NCBI GenBank assembly: GCA_030390025.1
Contig: JASTWF010000036.1
Location: 1,054,001-1,118,000, forward strand
Source of the DNA: Squalus acanthias
Taxonomy: Eukaryota
Length of the DNA stretch: 64,000 bases
Direction of reading: 5' to 3'
In this document: in pieces, positions 46,486-59,530 of the stretch
Position numbering within the stretch: the first letter of the stretch is position 1
How the letters are laid out: the number at the start of each line of letters is the position of its first letter
Notes under the pieces: model-generated
Databases searched by the model: none
What the model saw: only the letters and a program-made list of their open reading frames with translations
Told to the model about the DNA's origin: nothing
Program-made: the position numbers and the translations under genes

Positions 46486-47666
46486 GAAAAGTAGATACAA
46501 CGAAGCTCGCAGTACAAGAAGGAACGCACCATTGGGATCTTGACGCAATGGGCTGGATTTTGTCTTGGGGTCGGGTCATCCGCATTTCGTGTTTCCCCCC
46601 CCCGACTCCAGATTAATGTGAATGAATGATGCAATTTTTACTTAATTGGGCAATTGAGTTCCAGCATGTGGGAACCCATGAACTAATTAGTGGTTTCAGT
46701 CTGAAAGTCGCCTCTGATGATGTCATCATTGCAGAGACTGCCTGGTCTCAGAGACTGCCTGGCTTTTGCTGTGAGAGGACCTGGATGCAAAATGAGCAGG
46801 AGAGAGAGAGAGAGAGAGAATTTTTTTTCCATCCAGGTCCTCTCACAGCAAAGGCCAGGCAGTCTCTGAAGACATTCAATGCAGCAGCATCAACTTTCAG
46901 ACCTAATACTACTACTACCTTCATCACATCTCCGTTGTAATAGTGGACCTGCAGCTGATAGTCAGCTATCCACTTGTGCTCCCGCCAGGTTTCACTGGCG
47001 TGTTTCACATCAGGCGTACTTCACGTCGGAAAAGGGTTAAACAAGCTAAAACGTTTCAAAATGGCATTACAGAGCCAATTTAGGGCTTGTTAAGGGCTTT
47101 AATGGCCTCTCCCGCCTCTTGGAGGCAATGTGTCTGGACCAACTGGGGGCAATATTGCTGTACAACAAACTCTACCCGGTGTTTTCAGAATGATTGTCTG
47201 CTGTGTCCTCCCTAACTTTGAGCGACGTGCTCGGGCTTCTTTTCATGGCAGTGACCAGGATGGCAAAGCCATGGCAGAGCAAGGTGGCGAAAATGCCAAT
47301 GAGGAATTAGCAGCAATGTGAGCAGGACAGCACGGGCACGCTGCAGGCGAACCAGCGCGTGGAAACCAGCGGGCTTGTGTTGGTCCCCAGAACTCTTGGC
47401 AACCCGCAGTTAGCCACTGACCAGCACCACAAGCGATTCCTCGGGGCCTATCTGCTGCAGCTTAGCTTTCGCTAATGTTGAAATGGCTTTCATCTTGGGT
47501 TCCATTATTTGAAAAAGCACATCTTTCTGGAGAGCCTGCAGTGCTGAACGCATCGTCGAGCCTCTGTACACTTAACACTTTGCCGTTGTGGCCTCTCCCC
47601 TTTACGTGATGCACCCTGCAACGTCAAAAAGTGTTTGAGCCAGAGCAGACACTGCGCCATGTCGAC

Positions 47667-48278
47667 CATCAATATCAGACGGTCACTAATAAATCCAATA
47701 GGGAATTCAGGAGAAACCTCTTTACCCAGGGAGTGGTGAGAATGTGGAACTCGCTCCCACAGGGAGTGGTTGAGGCGAATACTATAGATGCATTTAAGGA
47801 GAATCTAGATAAACACATGAGGCAGAAAGGAATAGAAGGATAAGCTGAAAGGGTGAGATGAAGCAGGGTGGGAGTAGGCTCGTGTGGAGCCTAGAACCAG
47901 GCTGGGGAGTCTAGAAACAGGGGCCACAGCCTCAGGATAAGGGTCGGCCATTCAGGACTGAGATGAGAAGAAATTTCTTCACACAGAGAGTGGTGAATCT
48001 TTGGAATTCTCTACCCCAGCGGGCTGTGGAGGCTCGGTCATTGGGTGTATTCAAAACAGAAGTCGATAGATTTCTGACCAGTAAGGGCATCAAGGGATAT
48101 GGCGATAGGGCCGGTGAATGGAGTTGAGGCAGAAGATCAGCCATGATCTCATTGAATGGCGGAGCAGGCTCGAAGGGCCGAATGGCCGACTCCTGCTCTT
48201 ATTTCTTATGTTCTTAAACACCGGTACAGACCAGTTGGGCCGAATGGCCTGTTTCTGTGCTGCACATTCTATGTAATG
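47667..48278 (+). mobile_element. CR1 3' end with a second CR1 subfamily 3' end (~47900-48213) nested in its 3'UTR
   Basis: The first tail breaks after gtggagc at ~47890 and resumes as taaacaccgg at ~48215. Confidence 0.8.
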
Positions 48279-49216
48279 TTGGACGACGAACTAGAATTTT
48301 TGTTGCAAGTGCAGTTGCCTGTAACTGAGGTATGTAAATTTTTGCACCACTGTACGAACAGGATGTTTACAAATTAACTTGGGAGTCATCCTCCCTTGTC
48401 ATTTGTCACTGCAGTTAAGGATCTTGTTAACCTTTATCGCCCTTCTAATAAACCTTCCTTTGCTCTCTTAATTCCCAGAACACACACGCACATACTTCAG
48501 CTTCTGCTGATTGTTCCCTTCTTACTACAATCCCCAGTTTATAAAAGAAGAGCTTTACATCCTTTTGTGCTTTCGGACTCCATTTCTGGATTCCAGACTT
48601 CTCGGGCGTACATTTATATCACGGAATGGTTTCCAGGCCATAATAGGAGCTGATTTCCATGGTACTGGAGGGAGTGGGGGTTTGTGTGGGGTGGGGGGAA
48701 GAATGTACAACATTGGACCAGCTGCATATGTGCGAACTTGTGCGTGCAGAGTCACTAAAATGGCGTTTGTGACTTTTATCATCCCGCTGTCAGGCAGGTC
48801 ACTTCAGGTTAACTATCGAAAGCGCGTTGCTGGCCATGTGTGGGTGGGCTGAGAGCTTGGCCCACCCCTGGGGATCATCCCGATGGACTTGAAGCCTTGT
48901 GGCGGCCATTTGACCTTTTTGCCTCAGGAGGCAGACAGTGGAACCCCTGCCACATTGTCTGCAGTACGGAGGTCCTCATGGCCCACTTGCCATCAGAGGC
49001 AGCCCTGTAAAAAAGCAGAGTGCAAGGTGGAGTGCAGCAAACATATCCTGGCTCTGCTGCAAGACTTAAAGTCTAAGCTGCTTTCCTCATAAATCTGACA
49101 ACAGTTTATTTGTTTATAGTGTTCTCTCTTTAAGCACATGGGTTACATTTGTGACTCGGTTCAGTGCAGCCAGTCCTTTATTAGTGTGTCAGAGATCGTC
49201 CCGATCATCCTTATAT

Positions 49217-49565
49217 CCCACTCGAGACTTGAGCCCATAATCCAGGCCGACACTCCAGACAGTACTGAGGGCGTCAGAGGGGCCGTCTTTCAGATGAGAT
49301 GTTAAATCCTCTCAGGTGGACGTAAAAGATCCCGTGGCACTATTTCGAAGAAGAGCAGGGGAGTCCTGGGTCCAATATTTATCCCTCAACCAACATCACT
49401 AAAACAGATTATCTGGTCACTCTCACATTGCTGTTTGTGGGAGCTTGCTGTGCGCAAATTGGCTGCCGTGTTTCCCGCATTACAACAGTGACCACACTTC
49501 AAAAGTACTTCATTGGCTGTGAAGCGCTTTGGGATGTCGGGAAAGGTGCTATAGAAATGCAAATT
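49217..49565 (+). mobile_element. Deu-domain SINE
   Basis: Direct similarity to 7305-7710. Confidence 0.88.
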
Positions 49566-50002
49566 TGTTGTTCTTTTCTCTGAATGAGAGGGCCGATTTA
49601 ATGTTCGTTGATGCCGTTTTCTCACGGGTTGAGACTGGCTGAATTCGTATCCAGTGAGAAATCGGCTACCCGAGGAACAGGGGAGGAAATCAGAGAGGGA
49701 AAAGAAAGTCTTTACTGGTCCTGAGGGGTACGAGTTCAGCCAGTGTCAACCCGCGAGACAATGGCATCATTCGACACCCCTCTGCTTGCAAAATGGATGC
49801 ACACTGATGGAGCTTCTTCATTTAATTAAAAATACGTGAATCCACAAACACAATTGTGCTAATGAAAATGTCAATGACTAATCCAACTGTCCATTCAACA
49901 GCACCAAATCCCAGTTTACACGCAGCTGTGAGCTTGGTGTGCTGCATGTAAACTTGACAAACCAGTTGAGCAAACTGTCAGATTCGATGTGTATCAGCAA
50001 GT

Positions 50003-51723
50003 TGAGGAGATGCTGTGAATACTTTGTGTCTGCATGGAAGAAGACACAAAAAACTTCCCGGAAATAGTGGAGAACCAACGCTCTAGCGAGAATGAGGAAC
50101 TGAGAGAAATTAGTATTATTAAAAAAATAGTACTGGAGAAATTAATGGGACTGAAAGCCAATAAATCCTCTGGACCTGATGGCCTACATCCTAGGGTTTT
50201 GAAAGAGGTGGCTATAGAGATAGCATTGGTTGTCATCTTCCAAAATTCCATAGATTCTAGAACAGTTCCCGCGGATGTAAATGTAACCCCACTATTTAAG
50301 AAAGGAGGGAGAGAGAAAACGGGGAACTACAGACCAGTTAGCCTGACATCAGTAGTAGGGAAAATGCTAGAATCTATTATTAAGGACATGGTAACAGGGC
50401 ACTTAGAAAATAATAATAGGATTGGGCAGAGTCAACATGGATTTATGAAAGGGAAATCGTGTTTGACAAATCTGTTCGAGTTTTTTGAGGTTGTAACTAG
50501 CAGAATAGATAAGGGGGAACCAGTGGATGTGGTGTATTTGGATTTTCAGAAGGCATTCGATAAGGTGCCACACAAGAGGTTATTAAACAAAATTAGGGCT
50601 CATGGGATTGGGGGTAATATATGAGCATGGATTGAGGATTGGTTAACGGACAGAAAACAGAGAGTAGGAATAAACGGGTCATTTTCGGGTTGGCAGGTTG
50701 TAACTAGTGGGGTACCGCAAGGATCATTGCTTGGGCCTCAGCTATTCACAATCTCTATCAATGATTTGGATGAGGGGACCAAATGTAATGTATCCAAGTT
50801 TGCCGATGATACAAAGCTGGGTGGGAATGTAAGTTGTGAGGAGGATGCAAAGAGGCTTCAAGGGGATATAGACAGGTTAAGTGAGTGGGCAAGAACATGG
50901 CAAATGGAATATAATGTGGAGAAATGTGAAGTTATCCACTTCGGTAGGAAAAATAGAAAAGCAGAGTATTTTTTAAATGGTGAGAGATTGGGAAATGTTG
51001 GTGTTCAGAGGGACCTGGGTGTCCTTGTACACGAATCACTGAAAGTTAACATGCAGGTACAGCAAGCAATTAGGAAAGCAAATGGTATGTTGGCCTTTAT
51101 TCCAAGAGGATTTGAGTATAAGAGTAAAGTTGTCTTACTGCAATTATATAGGGCCCTGGTGAGACCACACCTGGAGTATTGTGTACAGTTTTGGTCTCCT
51201 TACCTAAGGAAGGATATACTTGCCATAGAGGGAGTGCAACGAAGGTTCACCAGACTGGTTCCTGGGATGGGGGGATTGTCCTATGAGGAGAGATTGAGTA
51301 GACTAGGGCTATATTCTCTAGAGTTTAGAAGAATGAGAGGTGATCTCATTGAAACATACAAAATTCTTACATGGCTTGACAGGGTAGATGCAGGGAGGAT
51401 GTTTCCCCCTGGCTGGGGAGTCTAGAACCAGGGGTCACAGTCTCAGAATAAAGGGTCAGCCTTTTAGGACTGAGTGCATTTCTTCACTCAGACCGTTGTG
51501 AATCTTTGGAATTCTCTACCCCAGAGGGTTGTGGAGGCTCAGTTGTTGAGTATATTCAAGACCGAGATCGATAGATTTTTGGATATTAAGGGAATCAAGG
51601 GATATGGGGATAGTGCAGGAAAGTGGAGATGGGGTGGAAGATCAGCCATGATCTTATTGAATGGCGGAGCAGGCTCGAGGGGCCAAATGGCCGACTCCTG
51701 CTCCTATTTCTTATATTCTTATG
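50003..51723 (+). mobile_element. CR1 LINE RT region and 3' end, with an in-frame stop at 50622-50624
   Basis: ORFs 50034-50624 and 50727-51425 with RT motifs; CR1 tail. Confidence 0.94.
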
Positions 51724-51751
51724 AAACGCATGATGTGGCTGAAAAGCTGTT

Positions 51752-52457
51752 GGGCGCGAAATTCGGTTACGCCCCATTTGGGGGCAGTAACCGAATTAGC
51801 AGCGGACATTTAGCGCCCAGCGCGGAAGTACCGCCCCGGCCGCTAAATGCGGCTTACTGCTGCGGAGAGGAAGTGGAGCACTATCTCGCGCGCTCCACTT
51901 CCTCTCGGGGCGGTGTCGGGGGTGCAAAGCGCTCGAACGCCGGAGCGCTACATGGCCGCTCCGTGTAGCACTGACGCATTTCACCGCCCCTCCCCTTTCG
52001 TTAAAGGGGAGGGACGCTGCGAGCTCGGCAGGGCCTCCGATGGCCCACACTAGGCTACCAGGGCGGCGAGATGTGGTGCCGGGCTGTGCCACGGTGGCCA
52101 CGGACCGCGACAAGGGCCGACCTGGAGGTTGGCCAAAAGAAGACAATGGCGGCGCGTGTCGCAGCCGCACCTCCCCTTTAAATACCACCCCGCGAGTGGA
52201 GGGCGGCCCGGTTCGCGACCCGTGAGGCTGGCGCTGACATCCGCCCGCAGCAGCCTCGCGGGGCGCAGCCGAATTTCTGCCACGGGGCGCTAAGGGGTCG
52301 CATCACTCGCCGATGATGTCATCCCCGGCGGTGCAGCGGCCCAGGGCGCTACTGGCTAGCGGCTGAGCAGCGCCCCGACGAATTTCTCGGGAGGCGCTAT
52401 TATCGCCCCACCTGAGGCACTAACGGCAGGCGCAAAGGAGCCGAATTTCCCCCCCCC
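51752..52457. mobile_element. GC-rich Harbinger-type MITE
   Basis: gggcgcgaaattcgg ... ccgaatttccccc; shares ttaaaggggaggg and other blocks with 8563-9150. Confidence 0.78.
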
Positions 52458-53145
52458 ACAGTATTTAATGCCGAGGTACAGAAAACAGAGGCACTGCCCA
52501 TGAGATCCATTCCAAACCAACCAATACAATGTCCCAAACTCCCTATTTTTTCCTAATTAGAGACACTGCTTTGGTTTACTTAGCTGCCTGGCTACTACCT
52601 TGAAGATGCAACTTTGGGCCCTATTTTGTGGTTGGCAGTCTTGTCAGAATAAGGAAGGGTCTCCAATCCAGTTACTTTCTCATCTGGACAAATCCCTCCA
52701 AGGCCTCACTCTGCCCTACTTTTTGCATCCTACTCCTGGGCCTACATCCCAACTCATACCCTCCACTCTTCTGTACTTCTGTACAAGGATGGTACCAGAA
52801 CTGAGAGGGTACAAATATCAGGAAAGGCTGAACAGGCTGGGGCTCTTTTCTCTAGAAAAAGAAAACTGAGATGTCACCTGATAGAAGTCTTTAAAATTAT
52901 GAAGGGGTTCGATAGGGTCGATGTAGAGAAGACATTTCCACTTGTGGGGGAGACCAGAACTAGGGGCCATAAATATAAGATAGTTACTAATAAATCCAAT
53001 CGGGAATACAGGAGAAACTTCTTTACCCAGAGAGTGGTGAGAATGTGGAACTCGCTACCACAGGGAGTGGTTGAGGCGAATAGCATTGATGCATTTAAAG
53101 GGAAGCTAGATAAACACACGAGGGAGAATGGCACAGAAGATGATG

Positions 53146-53570
53146 CTAAAGCAAAATACTGCGGATGCTGGAAATCTGAAATAAAAACAGAAAATGCTGG
53201 AAATACTCAGCAGGTCAGGCAGCATCTGTGGAGAGAGAAACAGAGTCAACGTTTCAGGTCGATGACCCTTCGTCAGAACTGGAAAAAGTTGGAGATGGAA
53301 CAGGTTTTTAAGCAAGTGCAGGGGCAGGGAAAGGGGGGAGGGGGAGGAAAGAACAAAAGGGAAGGACTGTGATAGGGTGGAAGGCAGGAGAGATTAAGAG
53401 ACAAAAGGGATGATGGTGCAAGGCAAAAGAAGATGGTAATGGGACAAGTTAAGAAACAAAAGATGGGTCTAGAGGAGGTGTAAATGGGAATGGCAGAATC
53501 ATCAACAGCTGCCATGTGAAAAAAAATAGGGGCAGAGGTTATAGTCTGAAATTGTTGATCTCGATGTTGA
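53146..53570 (-). mobile_element. Penelope pLTR fragment (same family as 34207-34787)
   Basis: Near-identical to 34205-34620. Confidence 0.88.
53244..53280 (-). ncRNA. Minimal hammerhead ribozyme motif (ACGU family)
   Basis: AGUU-CUGACGA-A-GGGUC-AUC-GACCU-GAAA-CG-U-U-GACU (one U-G pair in stem I). Confidence 0.75.
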
Positions 53571-54654
53571 GATTGATGGGGTGAGATGAAGAGGGGTGGG
53601 AGGGTGTGGAGCATAAACACCGGCACGGACCAGTGGGGCCGAATGGCCTGTTTCTGTGCTGTACATTCAATGTAATTCTTTGTACTCTGGTTGTGTGTAT
53701 CTTTTGCACCCCTCCTGTCTTCCATGGCGCTCCCATGTTGTCCTCATACTCTTGGAGTTCTCTCCCCAAACCCCCTCCACCTCACTCTATCTCTTTCACC
53801 AACAAAAGGCCGCTCAAAACCTCCCTCTTTAAACATGCCTTCGGCCAGCTCCTCTCCCCTCCTTGATCCTTGCTTGGTTCAGACCGCCATGTGTGAAGCA
53901 CCTTGGGCCGCTTTGCTATGTTGAAGATGGTGTCTAAGTTCAAGTTGCTATTTGTACTGAATGTGCCAATAAAAAAGAGCCTCATTAACATCTAAATCGT
54001 GCAAAATCACTCCGAATACAAATGATAGGAATTCAGTCTCTCCCACATTCAACCAAATAATTTGTTTTAAATTCTTAAAGCATTGAGGCACTTAGATGGA
54101 ACTTTTACGATGGTGCAGTGCAGTATCTTATTGCATCCGTAAATATTTCATACAAAAATAGTCAATAATTTGAGTCCCTTGAACCGACCTGTTCTTCCAT
54201 AACCCAGTTACATCTTATCTTCATCTCCCCTCTAAGGGTGTTGGTTAGTAATTTCTTTTTAAATTTTCACTTTGAGAGGCTGTTGTGCCAAAAGTCAGTG
54301 CTTCCGATTCTGGTCTTAATTCCTTTCATGCGCCATTCTTTCAAAACCTGAGAATGATTCACTTCTCTTCTGGGAGCCACCTCGTCAACACGGCAGATGA
54401 AAGATTCTTTCATGCCATCAGTAAATTCACTCCAATTTTCCTGATCTTGCAATCTGGCTTTGTGGGAATGTAAATCACGGTGGCTTTCAATTTAACGATA
54501 ATGAATACCTCAATCCAGCATCTGAAAGATTAAAGGTAAATTAAATGAAAGGTAATGAAATTCAATTAGAGACAGAGGATAGGGGAGAAGGGGGTTACTG
54601 GATAGGTGACAGGGATTATGGGTTAGGGCTATGGGGAAAGAGTAGGGGAGTACG

Positions 54655-55485
54655 GGAGCATAGTGGTTATGTTACTGGACTAGTAATCCAGAGGCCGCGA
54701 CTAATGATCCAGGGACATGAGTTCAGATCCCACTGAGGAATATAAATTCAGTTAAATAAATCTGGAATATAAAGTTACTATCCGTAGGGGTGACCATGAC
54801 ACTACCCAGCTGGTTCACTAATGTCCTTTAGGAAAGGAAATCTGCCATCGTAACCCAGTCTGGCCTCTATGTGACTCCAGACCCACAACAATATGGTTGA
54901 CTCTGAAATGGCCGAGCAAGCCACTCAGTTGTATCCATATCAGGAAAGGATGAACAGGCTGGGTCTCTTTTTTCTTGAAAAAAGAAGGCCGAGGGGTGAC
55001 CTAATAGAGGTCTTTAAAATTATGAAAGGTTTTGATAGAGTGGATAGAGAGAGAATGTTTCCACTTGTGGGGAAGAGCATAACTAGAGGCCATCAATATA
55101 AGATAGTCACCAAGAAATCCAATGGGGAATTCAGGAGAAACTTCTTTATCCAGAGAGTGATGAGAATGTGGAACTCGCTACCACAGGGAGTGGTTGAAGC
55201 GAACAGTATAGATGCATTTAAGTGGCGGTTAGATAAGCATATGAGGGAGAAGGGAATAGAGGGTTATGCTGATAGAGTTAGATGAGGAAAGATGGGAGGA
55301 AGCTCGAGTGGAGTATAAATGCCGGTATGGACTGGTTGGGCCGAATGGCCTGTTTCCGTGCCGTACATCCTATGTAATCCTATGTATTCAAGAAGGCAGC
55401 TCACCACCACCTTCTCGAGGGCAATTAGGGATAGGCAATAAATGCTGGCCTTGCCAGCGACGCCCACATCCCGTGAATGAATATA
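54655..55485 (+). mobile_element. Meta-like tRNA SINE split by a CR1 3' fragment (~54937-55386)
   Basis: Head and core to gccactcagttg (~54930), then CR1 (QERMNRLGLF..WNSLP and tail), then SINE tail ttcaagaaggcagctcacc..aaatgctggcc. Confidence 0.82.
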
Positions 55486-55789
55486 AAAAGGGACGAATTG
55501 GAGAGCTCTTTCAAAGAGCCGGCACAGGCACGATGGGCTGAATGGCCTCCTTCTGTGCTCTACGATTCTATGATACAGCTGAGATGTTGACCTATAGTTC
55601 CTTCCAATGCCGATGGACCTGCTGTGCATTTCCCAATGGGCGCTGCGGTCCCAATGTTGTAAGACTCTGGCAGCGCAGAGAGCAGGAAGGCTGTGCTGGT
55701 CGCCCGCGTAAGCCTCGTCTCAGTCGCAAAATTACACAAATCGGCTCTCACACAGGATTTCAGGATCTCGGTCAGTAACCTTGCCCACA

Positions 55790-56172
55790 TAACAACAACA
55801 ATTTGTATTTATCTAGCGCCTTTAACATAGTAAAACGTCCCAAGGTGCTTCACAGGAGCGTAATCAGACAGAATTTGACACCGAGCCACATAAAAAGAAA
55901 TTAGGGCAGGTGACCAAAAGCTTGGTCAGAGAGGTAGGTTTTAAGGAGCGTCTTAAAGGAGTAGAGAGAGAGGTAGAGAGGTTTAGGGAGGGAGTTCCAA
56001 AGCTTGGGGCCCAGGCAGCTGAAGGCACAGCCACCAATGGTGGAGCGATTAAATCGGGGATGCTCAAGAGGCCAGAATTGGCGGAGCACAGATATCTCGG
56101 AGGGCTGTAGGAGGTTACAGAGATAAGGAGGGGCGAGGCCATGGAGGGATTCGAAAACAAGGATGAGAATTT
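55790..56172 (-). mobile_element. L2 LINE 3' fragment
   Basis: Near-identical to 3430-3830. Confidence 0.9.
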
Positions 56173-56477
56173 TGTGGAATAAAGTGGACTCTTAAAAAGT
56201 CAGTATTGAGTTGGGGAAGCGACTACAAAACCTGTAATTTTATTTTGAAGGAGCGTTGGTACCGAGTTACATTTTGTTCCCTGTGTTGAATTCTCTTCTT
56301 GTGGAGGGTGCCAGTTTTGCATTGCATGGTCCCACCACCCCCCAGTACTGTTGCTGGCGGCACCAATCGAAGTGCTGGGCATGGGGATTTTTTGGGGGGT
56401 TCCTATTGCGCTCCACCATTTTAGATGAGGAAGACGTGTTCGTGAGAGAACATTAAATAGAGGGGCAAATGCTACTG

Positions 56478-56650
56478 TGGGGGCAATTTTAAGCTAACCT
56501 GCGGATCAGAAGCAACGCTGCTTTTACACCTCTGCCCGATTTGACACTCTATTGAAGTCAGTGGTGAGTAATATTGGGCGGGATGGAAAACCACCGTTGC
56601 ACCCGATCCCCTCAGCGCCCCGACAGGCGGGTTAGGGTAACATTGCCCCC
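56478..56650. mobile_element. Short palindromic MITE-like element
   Basis: gggggcaatttta ... taacattgccccc; central attgaagtca. Confidence 0.6.
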
Positions 56651-56792
56651 AGAATTTCTGTCAGCATTCTAAGACCCAGCTGCTCCGATCTGGGCATGTC
56701 AGGGGAAAGCTGTCTTTGGCGCTTCCAGTTCACAATGAAATGTGGGTGTCTGATGCGATTTGTCCCTAAAGTCCTTTACATAACAGGAATGA

Positions 56793-57207
56793 AAGAAAGA
56801 CTTGCATTTCTATAGCGCCTTTCATGACCACCAGACATCTCAAAGCGCTTCACAGCCAATGAAATACTTATTGAAGTGTAGTCACGGTTTTAATGTAGGA
56901 AGCGCGGCAGCCAAAATGCACACAGCAAGCTCCCACGAACAGCAATGTGATGATGTTTTTTAGTGATGTTGATTGAGGGATGAATATTGGCCCAGGACAC
57001 CTCCCCTGCTCTTCTTTCAAATAGTGCCTTGGGATCTTTTACATCCACCTGAGAGAGCGGTTTAACCTCTCCATCCAAAGGATGGCACCTCCCTCAGCAC
57101 TGCACTGGGAGTGTCAGCCTAGCTTTTTGCACTCAAGTCCCTGGAGTGGGACTTGAACTCACAACCTTCTAGATCTCAGAGGTGAGGGTGCTACCCACTG
57201 AGCCACT
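56793..57207 (-). mobile_element. Deu-domain tRNA SINE, near full length
   Basis: Similar to 28020-28438. Confidence 0.88.
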
Positions 57208-57587
57208 GGCTGACATCAGTGAGGTCCTCTCACCATCCATGGCACTGCCTAATATCAAGGAGGTGAGGCCCCCAGTGGCATATGAGATACAACTTCTTGT
57301 GGATCGCAAGAGTGGAGATTGGAATACGAGCACCTCCCTCTATCGCCCCTCCAATGCGGGACAGTCAGCACTCGGTCATGGGTCTCTGCTTGAGTGCCAT
57401 TTTCTGGGTGCCCCAACAGCCAAGTAAAAGCGCCTAATGAGCTCCCTGTTTGTCCTCCAGTGTGACCCATTATTGACCCATAGTCACAGAACAAAACTCT
57501 TTCAAACGTGTTAGTAGCCCATCATCAAAGGGTGAGAATTAGCCGATGTGTCATATTGCTTTAACAGCAGAGACTACATTTTTTTCT

Positions 57588-57975
57588 TTATTCATTCCTG
57601 GGATGTGGGCGTCGCTGGCAAGGCCAGCATTTATTGCCCATCCCTAACTTCCCTCAACTGAGTGGCTTGCTAGGCCATTTCAGAGGGCAGTTAAGAGTCA
57701 ACCACATTGCTGTGGGTCTGGAGTCACACATAGTCCAGACCGGGTAAGGACGGCAGATTTCCTTCCCTAAAGGACATTAGTGAACCAGATGGGTTTTTAT
57801 GACAATCCAGTACTTTAATGGTCACCATTGCTGACACTAGCTTTTTATTCCAGATTTATTTAATTAACTAAATTTAAATTGCCCAGCTGCTGTGGTGGGA
57901 TTTGAACTCATATCTCTCAGATCATTAGTCCAGGTCTCTGGATTACCAGTCCAGTGACATAATCACTATGCTACA
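57588..57975 (-). mobile_element. Meta-like tRNA SINE
   Basis: Similar to 23520-23936. Confidence 0.85.
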
Positions 57976-58352
57976 TACCTGGGATTTCCCCAGTGAAATG
58001 TTTAATAATTGACAATTATCCAACAGTAATTTACTTTTGGCAGTTTAAATATCTAGTCTATTGTGTTGTACAAATTGAAGCACTTGCTCTCGAGGAGTAA
58101 TTTGTACCAAAGCTTTGATGTGTGGAGTTGTGGAATATGCATTGTACACCATCGACAAGCCTCTCAACAGGACTAATTGTCAAGTGTTCCACAGTGACGA
58201 AAGGCCAATCAGTGCAATTGCTTATGTTGCACCTGAGGCTGCATAGCTTTCCTCCAACGTCAGAGGCTACAAACCTGTCGAGCCGTGCTTATTTGCAGTG
58301 ACGGTCACTGTTTCCTTGTGAAAATTTGCCTTGCATACGTGAGGGAGAAGGG

Positions 58353-58866
58353 AATAAGAACACAAGAACATAAGAAATAGGAGCAGGAATAGGCCACTTG
58401 GCCCCTCGAGCCTGCTCCGCCATTCAATAAGATCATGGCTGATCTTGGGCTCAAAGCCACTTCCCCGCCCGCTCCCCATAACCCTTCACTCCCTTATCTT
58501 GCAAAAATCTGTCTATCTCCACCTTAAATGTATTTAATGACCCAGCCTCCACGGCTCTCTGGGGCAGAGAATTCCACAGATTTACGACCCTCTGAGAGAA
58601 GAAATTCCTCCTCATCTCAGTTCTAAAAGGGCGACCCTTTATTCTGAAACTATGCCCCCGTGTTCTAGATTTCCCCACGAGGGGAAACATCCTCTCTGCA
58701 TCTACCTTGTCGAGCCCCCTCAGTATCTTATGTTTCAATAAGATCACCTCTCATTCTTCTAAACTCCAATGAGTATAGGCCCAACCTGCTCAACCTTTCT
58801 TCATAAGTCAACCCCCTCATCTCTGGAATTAACCTAGTGAATCGTCTCTGAGCTGCTTCCAATGCA
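58353..58866 (-). mobile_element. CR1 LINE 3' fragment
   Basis: ORF 58451-58747 (RTRGHSFRI..WNSLP) and tail. Confidence 0.9.
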
Positions 58867-59111
58867 GGAGGGATAGAGGGATACGGCAGTGGGCAGGGGT
58901 GGAAAGAGGTAATTAGAGTGGGAGGAGGCTCGTGTGGAGTAGAAACACTGGCATTGACCAGTTGGACCGAGTGGCCTGTTTCTGTCCTGTAGATTCTATG
59001 TAATTCTGTGTCTCACCGTGAAAGGGCGGAAAAAACCGAAGCTACAATTAATTGCCAATCTATTGAAATCATTGAAAGTAGTTTTTTTAATACTCTAACC
59101 TTGGCTATAAA

Positions 59112-59530
59112 TGAGCAGAAACTGGGGTTGTTCTCCTTAGAGCAGAGAAGATTAAGAGGAGATTTGATAGAGGTGTTCAAAATCATGATGGATTTTGATC
59201 GAGTAAATAAGGAGAAACTGTTTCCAGTGGCAGGAGGGCCGGTAACCAGAGGACACAGATTTAAGGTAATTGGCAAAGGCGACATGAGGAAAAAAATGCT
59301 TACATAGCGAGTTGTTGTGATCTGGAACGCGCTGCCTGAAAGGGCGGTGGAAGCAGATTCAATAGTAACTTTCAAAAGGGGAATCGGATAAATACTGGAA
59401 GAGGAGAAAATTGCAGGGCTATGGGGAAAGAGCAGGAAGAGTGGGACTAGTTGAATAGCTCTTTCAGAGAGCCGCACAGGTACAATGGGCCGAATGGCCT
59501 CCTTCTGTGCTGTATCATTCTATGATTCTC
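59112..59530 (+). mobile_element. CR1 LINE 3' fragment
   Basis: KLGLFSLEQRRLRGDLIEVFKIM; reverse-similar to 1577-2030. Confidence 0.88.

Larger units (their letters stand above)
52780..53680 (+). mobile_element. CR1 3' fragment interrupted by an antisense PLE pLTR piece
   Basis: KGFDRVD..RTRGHKYK..WNSLP; the tail resumes at ~53575. Confidence 0.85.

Noticed and set aside
51796..52283. GC-rich ORFs and CpG-island-like patches (also 8508-9140, 45277-45939, 42148-42494)
   Set aside because: They lie within TIR-bounded MITEs, and ORF length follows from high GC content
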